Made by a program: the position numbers and the translations under genes. This document shows positions 33,968 to 43,720 of a DNA stretch of 64,000 nt, in pieces. A model generated the notes under the pieces. It ran no database searches and had not been told where the DNA came from. It was given only the letters and a program-made list of their open reading frames with translations. Within the stretch, counting starts at the first letter, position 1; each line of letters opens with the position of its first letter. Source of the stretch: Eggerthella lenta DSM 2243 (GTDB taxonomy: Bacteria; Actinomycetota; Coriobacteriia; Coriobacteriales; Eggerthellaceae); NCBI RefSeq assembly GCF_000024265.1, contig NC_013204.1:978180-1042179 (forward strand), in the 5' to 3' direction.

Positions 33968-35812
33968 ATGGAAATGGCAGACGGTGACCGCCTTACACCG
34001 GAACAGGCCGAGGCGCTGAGCGCGCTGAGGGACGGGAGGAACGTGTTTCTCTCGGGCAACGCCGGCACGGGTAAGAGCTACGTGCTCAACGCCTTCATAT
34101 CGGACCTGAAGGCGCGCAATGTCGATTTCCTCGCCCTGGCGCCCACCGGCATCGCCGCGCTGAACCTCACGGACGGCTCGACGATCCACCGCACGCTGAA
34201 AATCGCGCCGGGGGTCTGCGCCCCCGATGGCCCCAAGGGGTCCCGCAAGGTGCTCGACGCCGCGAAGGTAATCATCATCGACGAGATCTCGATGTGCCGC
34301 ATCGACCTGTTCGACCACGTGATGGGGATGATCTCCCAGTCCATGACGCGCAACGGCGCGAAGCAGGTGGTCCTCGTCGGCGATTTCTTCCAGCTGCCGC
34401 CGGTCGTGACCGAACGCGACTCCGCGCTGCTGATGAAGTTCTATCCCGGAAACCTCCAGGGCTGGTGCTTCAAGTCGAGGTACTGGACCGGCTTCGATTT
34501 CGAGCCGCACGTCCTCAAGACGGTCGTGCGCCAATCCGCCCCCGATTTCATCGACAACCTGAACCGCGCCCGCGTCGGCGACGCGTCGTGCCTCGATTAC
34601 TTCAACGCGCACTCCAGGAGTTCCCGCGCCTACCTGCCGAAGGACACGCTCGTGCTGTGCGCCAACAACCGCATCGCCGACTCGATCAACCGCGAGAACG
34701 TCGACGCGCTCGACGCCCCGAAAGTCGAGTTCACCGCGGCGGTCACGGGTATGGTCAACAGCGGCGATAAGATGGCGCCGGAGAGGATCGTCCTGTGCCG
34801 CGGCGCCCGCGTGATGTCGCTCGTGAACAGCCCTCAGGAGGGTTACGTCAACGGCACGCAGGGCACCGTCACCGACGCGTCCGCCGACGCCGTGACGGTC
34901 AAGTTCGACGGGGCGGACGAGAAGGTCCGCATCGAGCGGCACAGATGGGAGATCAACAAGTCCGAGGCCATCGTCGAGATGGACGAGGAGGGCAGGCCTG
35001 TCAACAGGGTCAAGACTGCCGTCGTGGGTGCCTATACCCAGATCCCGCTCAAGCTCGCCTACGCCATCACCATCCACAAGTCGCAGGGCCTGACGTTCGA
35101 TGCCTGCTGCGTCCACACGAAAGTCTTCGCCGAGGGCCAGCTGTACGTCGGCCTGTCCCGCGTGCGCTCCGCCGCCGGCCTCACCGTGTTCCCCAAGATT
35201 GAGCCGAACCGCCTGATCGCCAGCCGCGAGGTCGTGGAGTTCTACGATTCCCTCGAGCACAGGATGGAGGAGCCGGTCCAAATCGAGTGCCCGCGCCGCT
35301 ACGAGTCGCGGGTCCGCGCCTACATCCGAGACCTCATGGACGGCAGGGACCCCGACGCCCCCACGCCTCCCGCCCTGGAAGGCGCCCTGGAGAACAGCAA
35401 GGGAGGTACCCCGGAACCGGGGACCGAAAGACCGGCTCGAACCCTCGAAGAGAAGATTGGGGCGGATATAGTTGCCCGTGCCACCTTCGCCCTCAAATTT
35501 GCAGTTTCGAGTGCCATGTCCAAGGACCATCTTGAGGCCAAGATGCTCCTAGCCGGGTACGTACTTGATTGGGGACGCGCTCCGCATGAGCTCTATGTCG
35601 TCTGCAAGGAGGGCGGTTATCGCGTCAGCGCATCGGAACTGGGCATCCGGCGCTCCGAGATTGAGGCGAGGATTGCGAAAAACTCCGGCTTCGACTTGGG
35701 CTCCGCTCGTCGTCAGCCGAGCCCGTCCGACTCTCGTCCTGGGAGGCGGAAGGGCTCGGCGAAAGAGTCCGCCGGTCGCACCCGAAATACACGCAAGGCG
35801 AATAAGCGGTAG
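33968..35812 (+). CDS. Pif1/RecD-family (AAA_30) DNA helicase.
   Basis: Walker A FLSGNAGTGKSYVL. Walker B IIIDEISM. VVLVGDFFQLPPV. C-terminal YAITIHKSQGLTFD and VGLSRVRS motifs. Confidence 0.8.
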   Translation: MEMADGDRLTPEQAEALSALRDGRNVFLSGNAGTGKSYVLNAFISDLKARNVDFLALAPTGIAALNLTDGSTIHRTLKIAPGVCAPDGPKGSRKVLDAAKVIIIDEISMCRIDLFDHVMGMISQSMTRNGAKQVVLVGDFFQLPPVVTERDSALLMKFYPGNLQGWCFKSRYWTGFDFEPHVLKTVVRQSAPDFIDNLNRARVGDASCLDYFNAHSRSSRAYLPKDTLVLCANNRIADSINRENVDALDAPKVEFTAAVTGMVNSGDKMAPERIVLCRGARVMSLVNSPQEGYVNGTQGTVTDASADAVTVKFDGADEKVRIERHRWEINKSEAIVEMDEEGRPVNRVKTAVVGAYTQIPLKLAYAITIHKSQGLTFDACCVHTKVFAEGQLYVGLSRVRSAAGLTVFPKIEPNRLIASREVVEFYDSLEHRMEEPVQIECPRRYESRVRAYIRDLMDGRDPDAPTPPALEGALENSKGGTPEPGTERPARTLEEKIGADIVARATFALKFAVSSAMSKDHLEAKMLLAGYVLDWGRAPHELYVVCKEGGYRVSASELGIRRSEIEARIAKNSGFDLGSARRQPSPSDSRPGRRKGSAKESAGRTRNTRKANKR

Positions 35813-35820
35813 CGACAACG

Positions 35821-35862
35821 GAAATGGGAAGGCCGAATCTCCCGGCCTCCCCATTTCATTTT
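35821..35862. terminator. Bidirectional hairpin terminator between the convergent helicase gene and the PIWI operon.
   Basis: GAAATGGGAAGGCCG-AATCTC-CGGCCTCCCCATTTC followed by ATTTTCG. Confidence 0.45.
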
Positions 35863-35875
35863 CGCGGGCGGATCG

Positions 35876-38401
35876 CTACCGTCTGCCGGTGAGCTCCCAG
35901 TCCCAGATATACTCCTCGACCTGCTCGGCGAGATGGAGCGGGGCGGGAAGGTTCACCCTCATATCGTTCTTGTAGAGCTGCACCATGCAGCCGCGCAGGG
36001 CCTCGGCGTATTTGACGCTGGCAAGCGCCTCGGCCTCGCCACCGGGCGACAGAAGGCAGTACTCGTTGATCGTCTTCTCGCAGAACGCCGCGGTGGGCGA
36101 ATCGTACTTCGATCCGCGTGCGGACCATTTGTACTGGGCGTCGCCCGGTCGCGGGGCCAACGCGAGGAAGTAGCCGTCCATCTTGAAGAGTCCCTGCTTG
36201 TCGCGCCTGTTCGGCACGGTGCCGTCGTCTGCGCCGCCCGCGGCCACCTCATCCGTGAACCAGTCGGGGATCTCGCCGTTGAGACCGGAGCGTATACGCA
36301 GGATGCGCAGCTTGCTGCCCGCGAGGCCAAGCGGCTCCTCATAACCGGTCGGTCCGTAGCTCAAGGGTCCCGACTCGAGGCCGGAGTCGCTGATGCCGGG
36401 CCACCAGTCTCTCTGCCGGATGCGGCCGTAGGAGTTGATGAGGAGGAGTTCCGGCCTGTCGCCGGTGGCGCGGACTATGCCGTGGAGCATCCTCTTCAGG
36501 GCCATTCCGTTCGCCCGCTTGCAGGAGTCCGGAAAGCCCTCGGAACCGCTCAGCCGGGCGAACTCGATGAGGGCGCGCCAGTACGGTAGGCTTCCGTCAG
36601 GTAGGAGGGGGCAGTACACGGTGACGGCACCGCTTCTCATGTCCTGTCGGACGCAATAGGGGAAGCTCGCCCGCGCCTTGCCGTTGCCGGAGTTGTAGAC
36701 CTTCAACCCTATCGCCGGGATCGAGGTGTCGATGCCGCGCGAATTGCGTGCCGGTTCGGGTACGAAACCGAGCTGGCGCATGAGGTCGCGGACGGCGACG
36801 CGCGCGCGGATCTCGGGACTGTCCTTCGAGTCCTCGGGTTCGATGAATTGGGTCAGGCGCCCGGTTTTCGCGAACGCGATGCGCAGGGCGCGCTTGGGGT
36901 CTCCGCCGTCGTCTTTGCCCTTGGGCTTGTAGCTCTCGGCGCCCGGCAGGACCACTATGCACGCGGTCGGGTCGGTCGCCTCGGGAAGCGCGGCGGCGAC
37001 TTTGCGCCAGCGGATCTTCGCCTGGCTGTCGCCGGTATTCTCCATGCGGTTCAGGAGGTCGTTTGCCGGGATGTTATCGATCTCGACCTCGAAGTCGTCG
37101 ACGGCCCCCTCCCCGCCGAGAAAGCGGGAGATCTCGGCCCTTGCCATATCGAGGAGCCGGGCATCGTCCTGGTTGCCGATCAGCTGGAATACGGCCCTGT
37201 CCCTGCCGGTGCAGCGGGCGAGTCTGGCGCGGTTGGCCCGGCCCCAGGCCTCCTGTCTCGCCCGTGCGCTGACGGGGTCCTTGTCCCAATCCGCCTGCCT
37301 GGGTTCCTCTATGGACGCCTTGAGATGGGTCAGTTGAAGCGAGTCGAGCGCACCGACGGGCTCCGCGATATCTTTGAGCCGAGCCGCGACGGCCTCGAAG
37401 AACATGGCCTTGTCGATGACGGATGCCCCGCTTGCGACCGAGGGCTTCGATGCCCAGGAGGCGGTCATCGCGTAGGGGGATAGGATCTGCGGCTGCGAGC
37501 CGTCGCGGGCGTACCTGCCCATGTCCTCAAGATACTCGCGGACTGCGGGCAATCCGGTCCCGCTGGCGAACTCGTAGTTCGCCAGGGCCGCGGGGTCCCA
37601 GGCCAAGTCGCGCTTCTGTTTGTCGTAGCCGTAGGGGACGACGCGGAGCGTGCCGCCTTCCGTGCGGACGTAGGCGTTGACATCGTGTTTGAGGAACGGG
37701 TCGTCCTGCCATGGCTTGCCGATGAAGCGGCGGACGGCGACATCCATGTTGAGCCTTGCCTTGCGGCCGACCGGCAGCGTCTCGACGTGGAATCTGAGGG
37801 CGAACGCCCACGGGTCCTCCTTGTGCCAGTGGATATCGGAAATCAGCTCGTAGACGTTTCCGTTTCCGCGTGAGACTCTGCTGAAGTTCTCGACCATGCC
37901 GTTGGCGAGTTCGAGGGGGATGCCGGCGATGACGTCGGCGACTTGCGCGGAGAATGCGGGGAAGGTGAGCCCGCCCGCGGGACGGCCGTCGCCGCTGAAC
38001 AGGCAGATCTCTTCGCCACGCACGGCCTCTTCGAACGTCTCGGGGTGCAGCATCCCCATCACCTTGCGGTAGGCGGGGGATTGGGTATCGATGTCCTTGC
38101 GGGAGGAGATCCAGACCGCGATGACGTTGCATAGCTTCGCGAGATCAATGGGGGCGAGGGCGATAAGCCAGCTGTCGGTATGCACGTTGGGGCGTACGGG
38201 GTTCAGCTCGACGGCCCGGTCGAGCCAGCAGCGCAGGTCGTCCTTGAGGACTTTGGTGTTGAGGTAGCCGCCCTCTTTCCTCGGGGGCATGAGCGTGAAG
38301 AGGGCGTCGCGCAGGCTGTCGGGCAAGCCGACGACGTGCACGGTCGTCTTGGTGTCGGGGACGGGTGCGAATGACATGAGGTGCAGCTTAGAGTCCGACA
38401 T
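35876..38401 (-). CDS. PIWI-domain (Argonaute-like) protein, about 841 aa; third gene of the PIWI-RE-type operon.
   Basis: Internal Met at residue 67 with GGAAAGGAATCGGAA RBS. PIWI signatures GIDTS (G-x-D-V/T-S-H-like) and C-terminal VNLPAPLHLAEQVEEY (PAP-x-YYA-like Ago tail). No P-loop. 14-nt overlap with the upstream helicase gene. Confidence 0.65.
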   Translation of the reverse strand: MSDSKLHLMSFAPVPDTKTTVHVVGLPDSLRDALFTLMPPRKEGGYLNTKVLKDDLRCWLDRAVELNPVRPNVHTDSWLIALAPIDLAKLCNVIAVWISSRKDIDTQSPAYRKVMGMLHPETFEEAVRGEEICLFSGDGRPAGGLTFPAFSAQVADVIAGIPLELANGMVENFSRVSRGNGNVYELISDIHWHKEDPWAFALRFHVETLPVGRKARLNMDVAVRRFIGKPWQDDPFLKHDVNAYVRTEGGTLRVVPYGYDKQKRDLAWDPAALANYEFASGTGLPAVREYLEDMGRYARDGSQPQILSPYAMTASWASKPSVASGASVIDKAMFFEAVAARLKDIAEPVGALDSLQLTHLKASIEEPRQADWDKDPVSARARQEAWGRANRARLARCTGRDRAVFQLIGNQDDARLLDMARAEISRFLGGEGAVDDFEVEIDNIPANDLLNRMENTGDSQAKIRWRKVAAALPEATDPTACIVVLPGAESYKPKGKDDGGDPKRALRIAFAKTGRLTQFIEPEDSKDSPEIRARVAVRDLMRQLGFVPEPARNSRGIDTSIPAIGLKVYNSGNGKARASFPYCVRQDMRSGAVTVYCPLLPDGSLPYWRALIEFARLSGSEGFPDSCKRANGMALKRMLHGIVRATGDRPELLLINSYGRIRQRDWWPGISDSGLESGPLSYGPTGYEEPLGLAGSKLRILRIRSGLNGEIPDWFTDEVAAGGADDGTVPNRRDKQGLFKMDGYFLALAPRPGDAQYKWSARGSKYDSPTAAFCEKTINEYCLLSPGGEAEALASVKYAEALRGCMVQLYKNDMRVNLPAPLHLAEQVEEYIWDWELTGRR

Positions 38402-41400
38402 TTCCGATTCCTTTCCTGAACGACTCGTAGAACGGCCCGTAGAGGGCTTTGGCGACCTCCGGCTGGTCGCTATCGTGCATGAGGCGTTCCATGTAGGCGC
38501 CGAGCTCTTCCAGGGTCCTGAACGAGAGCTTCCCGTCGCCGCCGCGGAAGGCCGCATCGGCGAAATAGACATGCGGCGCGGGCCTCTCCTTATCGGCAAG
38601 CCTCGCCAGACGCCCGAATATCTGGATGATCGTGACCATGAGCGTGGAGATCGCGTCGTCTACGAGGAATTGCCTGCCCATGGTCCTCCATGCGCCCATG
38701 GGAAGGTTCTCGTCCCGCTCCATGGTCTTCCATGTGCGCCAGGCGGAGGCCCTGACCTCGGTCGCGAACTCCCCGGGATTGGCCGGGTAGTCGCCGACCT
38801 CCCTTTCGATGAGGCCGTTGAGCTTGCGGTATCGCCCGCCGAGGTCGTGCGGTGTGCCCATCGGGCGCACCGAGAAGATGAGGCTCGTGAAAACGGCATG
38901 GCCGCCGCGGTCGACGATATTGAAGCCGCGCTCGATGGCCATGGCCGGCGCCACGAGCACTTTGGCCGGATGGTCGCAGAACTTGTAGACTTCGCTCCGG
39001 GGCACGAAGTGCTCCCTGTGGTCGTGGTTGTTGCGCACCAGGGCCGCGACCTTGATTGCCTGGCCCTTGCGTCGGAACTCTTGCTCGATGCGGTCGCGTG
39101 CGTCCTCGGCCTCCCGGTAGCTGTTCACGATGACCAGGGCCTTTCCCGCGCCCTCCGCGTCGAGTTCGTCCCTCAACGTGGCCATGGTCTGCGATAGGAC
39201 GATGCCGAGGTTGCCGGAACGCATCTCGGCGGCGCTGCCGGACACGTTCTGCTCGATGCCGAGGTCCCTCACGGTCGAGGTGGAGAGCTTGGCCGCCTTC
39301 CACGGCTCCGCCTCGAGGAGGTAGTCGACCGGCCTGTTCACGTGGTATTGCAGGCAGCCGGGCTCCCAGCTCGAACCGGAGAGCAGGAGCACGTGCGGCC
39401 CCAGCGCCGCCCCGGCGGGGTCGGTATCGAGCCAGGGCAGCGAGCACATGAAGGCCCGCCCGAAGGCGAACTGCCGGAAAAGCCTGAGGTCGTTGCCGTC
39501 GAGCTTCATCCCGAAGATGTTGCCGATCAGCGAGTTGGGGAGATAGTGCTGCTGGCGCGTGTAGCTGAACTTGAGGAAGTTGTACAGCTCGTCGACGGAA
39601 TCGTCCTTGAAGCTGAGGAGGTCCTGCGCGGAGGCGAGTTCGCGCAGATACGAGTCGAACCGGATGACCTTGAGGGCGAAGGAGAACCTGGTCCGCAGCT
39701 CGTCGGGAAGCTCCGAGCATCCGCATGCAGCGAGGTATTCGTTCAGCGAGTAGCTGTGGGTGTCGTCGTCGATGCCCTCGCAGGAGGTCGCGACCGCCTG
39801 CGAGAGCTTGTTGAGGGCCGCGCCGCCGCCATCGAGGCTCTTCTTGGCAATCTCGAATCTATAGGGGTTGATGAGTTTGTCGGCATCCTCGTAAACCTGT
39901 TTGGGAAGGCCCTGCTCCAGGAGGTCGTTCAGAAGCGAGAGCGACGTGAACGCCTCGTCCTTGACGATGCGCCATTTCGCCACGCGGTCGTCCCTGACGG
40001 ATTTGAGCAGCGCCTTCGCGACGGGCTCGGATTTCTGGCGCAGGTCGTAGAAAAGCTCCTCGTTGAAGTCCCTCATCTTGTCGTCCGGGCGCCGCTTCAC
40101 GGCCACGGCTGTCGGGTCGGCGGCGTTGCGGATGAGCTCCTGGAAGCTCATGCTCGGGGCGAAGCAGCCGTCGAGCTGCGCCTGCACGCGGTCCGCCTCA
40201 TCGAACAGGACGACGTCGAACTGCTGAAGGGCCTCCTCGAAGAATGCCTTGCGCTCCCTTCCGACGATCATGGTGGCGAAGCCGGTGGGAGTCGTGACCA
40301 CGACGTCGGATGTCAGGGACTCGCGGGCCATGGCCTGCGATGGGCACACGTCCCAGTACGGGCATGAGTTCGCGCCGCCCTTCTTGGACCGGAGGCCGCG
40401 GCATGGCGTGTTGCCGTATCCGCAGGCCTCGGGATCGGAAGAGGAGAGCCCGTCCATGATGCAGGCGGTCTCCAGGTATTTGGATGCGGAATGGTCGAGG
40501 AGCATGGAGTCATCGTGGTCGAAGAACTCGTCGAGCCGTTCGATGCGCCTGCCGCGCGACACCAGGGGCGAGGCGCTGATTCCCGCCTCGCGAAGCAGGA
40601 CGACGCTTTCCATCACGTCCGATACCGAGTTGAGCAGGGATACCGCGCGCAGGCCGCGCTTCGCGAGGCAGACGATGAGCATGTTGGCGAGGACGGACTT
40701 GCCGGCGCCGACGAGGCCGACGAGGCTCACGACCTCATCGAGGCGCAGGCCGTCGGCGACGGATGTGCTGCCGCCGCGTGCCCGCTTGAGGAGCCCCTGG
40801 TCCTTGACCCTTCTGAGCACGGCGGCGTAGTGGGTCTTCCCGGTCTTCTCCCCGACTTCGTCCGCGGTCGAGATGAGCTCGTCGAGGGTGATATCGATGG
40901 GCGGGCGCCTGCTCTTGCGGGGGATATCGTCAATCTTGCCCGTTTGGGGCGGCACGGCATCGGGTATGGTCACCCAACGGATCGATCCGGTTACCGTGGT
41001 ATCGCCGGTCGCCTCGGGCTTGCATGTGTAGGAATACCGTCCTTTGGGTCTCGCGACCACGTTTTTATGGGAGAGTTTGACATCGCCGAGGAGGCGGTCT
41101 ATATAGATCGGCATGCGGTCGATCCCGGTAAGGGGGTGCTCGCGCAGGGCCATTCCGCCGTTGGCGATATCGAAGAACCGGTACCGCTCATATTCCGCGC
41201 GCTCGTAGAGGCCCAGCAGTCGCCGCCAGGCCGTGGATGAAGCCAGCGAGAACAGGTGTCGGCGCGCCATCTGCATGAGGTGGCCGTCCGCGCCGATGGT
41301 CTCGGGCCTGATGAGCTGGTAGTTCGATAGGAGCCTGTCGGCCTTTCGGGGATCGGCGCCGGGACCGCATACGCGTACCGCGAGCGCGAGCAGCGACTCC

Positions 41401-41510
41401 ACATTCAGGAACTCGTCGAGGGATAGGTCGCTGTCCTCGGGATAGCGCACCTCGAGATTGCGCTTCAGCTGGTCGAAGCCTTCCTGGGCTGTATCATTCG
41501 GCTCGCTCAT
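38388..41510 (-). CDS. DinG-like SF2 helicase with an Fe-S (4-Cys) insertion between Walker A and Walker B, about 1040 aa.
   Basis: GGGAGG RBS. Walker A LVGLVGAGKSVL. Cys cluster ACGYGNTPCRGLRSKKGGANSCPYWDVCP. DEAD-type VVLFDEADRV. Motif VI QIFGRLARL. ATGA overlap with the upstream gene. Confidence 0.75.
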   Translation of the reverse strand: MSEPNDTAQEGFDQLKRNLEVRYPEDSDLSLDEFLNVESLLALAVRVCGPGADPRKADRLLSNYQLIRPETIGADGHLMQMARRHLFSLASSTAWRRLLGLYERAEYERYRFFDIANGGMALREHPLTGIDRMPIYIDRLLGDVKLSHKNVVARPKGRYSYTCKPEATGDTTVTGSIRWVTIPDAVPPQTGKIDDIPRKSRRPPIDITLDELISTADEVGEKTGKTHYAAVLRRVKDQGLLKRARGGSTSVADGLRLDEVVSLVGLVGAGKSVLANMLIVCLAKRGLRAVSLLNSVSDVMESVVLLREAGISASPLVSRGRRIERLDEFFDHDDSMLLDHSASKYLETACIMDGLSSSDPEACGYGNTPCRGLRSKKGGANSCPYWDVCPSQAMARESLTSDVVVTTPTGFATMIVGRERKAFFEEALQQFDVVLFDEADRVQAQLDGCFAPSMSFQELIRNAADPTAVAVKRRPDDKMRDFNEELFYDLRQKSEPVAKALLKSVRDDRVAKWRIVKDEAFTSLSLLNDLLEQGLPKQVYEDADKLINPYRFEIAKKSLDGGGAALNKLSQAVATSCEGIDDDTHSYSLNEYLAACGCSELPDELRTRFSFALKVIRFDSYLRELASAQDLLSFKDDSVDELYNFLKFSYTRQQHYLPNSLIGNIFGMKLDGNDLRLFRQFAFGRAFMCSLPWLDTDPAGAALGPHVLLLSGSSWEPGCLQYHVNRPVDYLLEAEPWKAAKLSTSTVRDLGIEQNVSGSAAEMRSGNLGIVLSQTMATLRDELDAEGAGKALVIVNSYREAEDARDRIEQEFRRKGQAIKVAALVRNNHDHREHFVPRSEVYKFCDHPAKVLVAPAMAIERGFNIVDRGGHAVFTSLIFSVRPMGTPHDLGGRYRKLNGLIEREVGDYPANPGEFATEVRASAWRTWKTMERDENLPMGAWRTMGRQFLVDDAISTLMVTIIQIFGRLARLADKERPAPHVYFADAAFRGGDGKLSFRTLEELGAYMERLMHDSDQPEVAKALYGPFYESFRKGIGNVGL

Positions 41511-42709
41511 CGCGTGCCTCCCTTCGCGGCGGCATCGAGTCGTTTCGAGAAGTTGCGCAGCGTTTCGCATGAATAGCCGGTCTTGCCGCGCAGGACGGCA
41601 TTGCATAGCGCGCGATATCCGGGATGGTCCCGTTCGACTTGGTCCGGCACGACATAGGCCACCTCGTCCGCGCACATCTGGGCGATGCCGGTGTCGTCCT
41701 CTATCTCGCGGGCAAGCCGCTCGGCGCGGCCGTATGCCTTGGCGTCGACGGCAAGCTGCCGGCCGTCCGGCAGATGGATCAGGATGTCGCAGGTGTCCTT
41801 GAGGGGCCACATTTCGTATTTCAGACCGAGGCCCGCTGCGGCCTCGGCGATCGCCAGCTCGAGCTTTCCGGGGGAAGAGATGTAGTGCATGACGCCGCGG
41901 GATAGGCGGAAGGCGTCGTGCGCGACGCTGTCCAGCTTGTCGAAATCGCCTGTGACGGCCTTGGCGCACGTCGCCGATGAGCAGTGGGGCTGCTTGCCTC
42001 GCATGGTCATCGTCCAGCCGCAATTCGGGCATACTTTTGCGGCGCCCGGGACGGGTTCGTAGGCCATGGAGACGAATTCCTGCAACCACACCGGGTCGAT
42101 GGTGTCGGCTTCGCCCTGGTCGAGGGGGTCGGGGTCGCCCAGGGCGAGCCCCGTCTTGATCCTGACGTATTCGTTCCAGGTGAGCAGCGGGTGGCGGATG
42201 AGCATCCTGCGTCCGTACACGTATTGCTCCTGGGTGCCGGCTCGGAGGAATTCATACACCCTGCGTTCCTGATGGCCGCCCAAGAGGTCGTTTTCCGCAA
42301 AGCGCAGTACCTCGTAGCATTCCGACGTCGCGGCGAAGTAGTCGCCGTCTACTGACGCCAGGGGCCCGATCTCGATGGACCGGCACCCTTCGACGGCTTC
42401 CCTGCACTCGTCGCGCCACCGGGCCGTCCACTCGCGCACGTCTGACGCTGCGCTGTTCCTGATGAAATCGGACTCATTGAACGTCGGCAGCAGCTCTTCC
42501 GCATCGTCGGAGCACTCAGCGCACAGCGCGGCGAGGATATTCATGCCGTGTCTGAATGCCTGGCTGTAGGGATACCTATGCGGGTCGGCCTCGTAGAGGC
42601 CGTCCTTCTCGGCGATGCCGTATGCGATGAGGAATACGGCGGTCTCGAAGCGGTTGGCGATATCGCGGGCTTTGCCGGCGGCTTCGGCCGCGGCGATCGG
42701 GTCGGACAT
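41507..42709 (-). CDS. Zn-ribbon plus PD-(D/E)xK (restriction-endonuclease-fold) nuclease-like protein, about 400 aa; first gene of the operon.
   Basis: AGAGGTGG RBS. CPNCGWTMTMRGKQPHCSSATC (4-Cys ribbon). HLPDGRQLAVDAKAY fits PD..(D/E)xK. Confidence 0.6.
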   Translation of the reverse strand: MSDPIAAAEAAGKARDIANRFETAVFLIAYGIAEKDGLYEADPHRYPYSQAFRHGMNILAALCAECSDDAEELLPTFNESDFIRNSAASDVREWTARWRDECREAVEGCRSIEIGPLASVDGDYFAATSECYEVLRFAENDLLGGHQERRVYEFLRAGTQEQYVYGRRMLIRHPLLTWNEYVRIKTGLALGDPDPLDQGEADTIDPVWLQEFVSMAYEPVPGAAKVCPNCGWTMTMRGKQPHCSSATCAKAVTGDFDKLDSVAHDAFRLSRGVMHYISSPGKLELAIAEAAAGLGLKYEMWPLKDTCDILIHLPDGRQLAVDAKAYGRAERLAREIEDDTGIAQMCADEVAYVVPDQVERDHPGYRALCNAVLRGKTGYSCETLRNFSKRLDAAAKGGTR

Positions 42710-42895
42710 GGACCACCTCTTTATTGGAATTGGCATACACAGCAGCTTTGATACCCGCCCCCGCCGCGCTTTACACGCCCCTACCGAAACTCGACGGATA
42801 AAAATGCCCCCGCACCGGCTCGAATCGAGTGAAAGACTTCCCGCGCACGGGGTAGAAACAGCTGGGACGGTACACATCCGCGCGAAAGGTCGGAC

Positions 42896-43720
42896 ATGTC
42901 TAGGGTGGCCTATGGGCAAAAGGGATACAGCGGCGCCTCCATGAGCGTGAACGCGCGGGCGGCCTACGAGGCGGGGGAGATGCTCCGCTCGAAATGGACC
43001 AAGACGGCGATCCTCGGCGCCTTGAGGGGCTACTGCGATGAGATGGACCTGCTCTACGACCCTGCGGTCGAGTCCGAGACCAAGGCCGCGCTCTTCGACC
43101 GGTTCATCGCCTCCTCGTCCTGGCACCACACCGGCGCCTACGCCCGCGAGACGGAGTTCTTCGCCCTGGACGAGGCCGCCGTGGTCGGGGCGTTCCGCGA
43201 GCTCGGGCCCGAGGAGACGGCCGAGCGCGACCGGATCCGGGCGCAGGCTGCGGCCCGGGTGCGGGAGGCGGAACGGCATCGGAGGGAAGCGGAATGCCTA
43301 TTCGAGTACCGCTTCTCCTGCTCCCCATATAGCGCCATGGCGTACGAGGCGTTCCATCCCGAGCTGTGCGAGCGCCGTGTGAGCAAACACAGGAAGCAGG
43401 AGCTCGTCGTGTACCGGCTGCCGGACGGCAGCGAGCCGTCGGGCTATGCGGAGATGTCCGTCCCGGCGGACTATGCGGACAGCAGCCATGTGGTGCCGTC
43501 GGTTTTCATATCCGGCACGGGCGGGGATCGCGCGTGGCGCGATATCGACTTCGACGAGGCCGAGCGGAAATTCGCAGCGGCGGCGAGAAGGGCCGCGGCC
43601 TTTCGCGAGGGGAGACCGAAGCTCATGCAGGACGAGGCCAGGCGCGCTGCGATACGTGAGACTCGGCACCGCGTCTGCACCGCCCCCATTTTGAAGAGCA
43701 TAAAGGAGATTCACAGGTGA
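42896..43720 (+). CDS. Hypothetical protein, divergent from the PIWI operon.
   Basis: High GC3 ORF. A lower-GC divergent promoter region (42710-42895) separates it from the operon. Confidence 0.45.
   Translation: MSRVAYGQKGYSGASMSVNARAAYEAGEMLRSKWTKTAILGALRGYCDEMDLLYDPAVESETKAALFDRFIASSSWHHTGAYARETEFFALDEAAVVGAFRELGPEETAERDRIRAQAAARVREAERHRREAECLFEYRFSCSPYSAMAYEAFHPELCERRVSKHRKQELVVYRLPDGSEPSGYAEMSVPADYADSSHVVPSVFISGTGGDRAWRDIDFDEAERKFAAAARRAAAFREGRPKLMQDEARRAAIRETRHRVCTAPILKSIKEIHR

Noticed and set aside
35876-42709. Classification of the minus-strand helicase plus Zn-ribbon protein as DISARM DrmA/DrmB, with the upstream SNF2 helicase and methyltransferase as DrmD/DrmMI.
   Set aside because: No PLD-type DrmC is present. 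The Zn-ribbon protein is 400 aa with a PD-(D/E)xK core rather than a DrmB-like DUF1998 protein. The helicase carries a DinG-type Fe-S insertion. The two gene sets are 11 kb apart on opposite strands. The third gene has PIWI signatures, which fits PIWI-RE instead.
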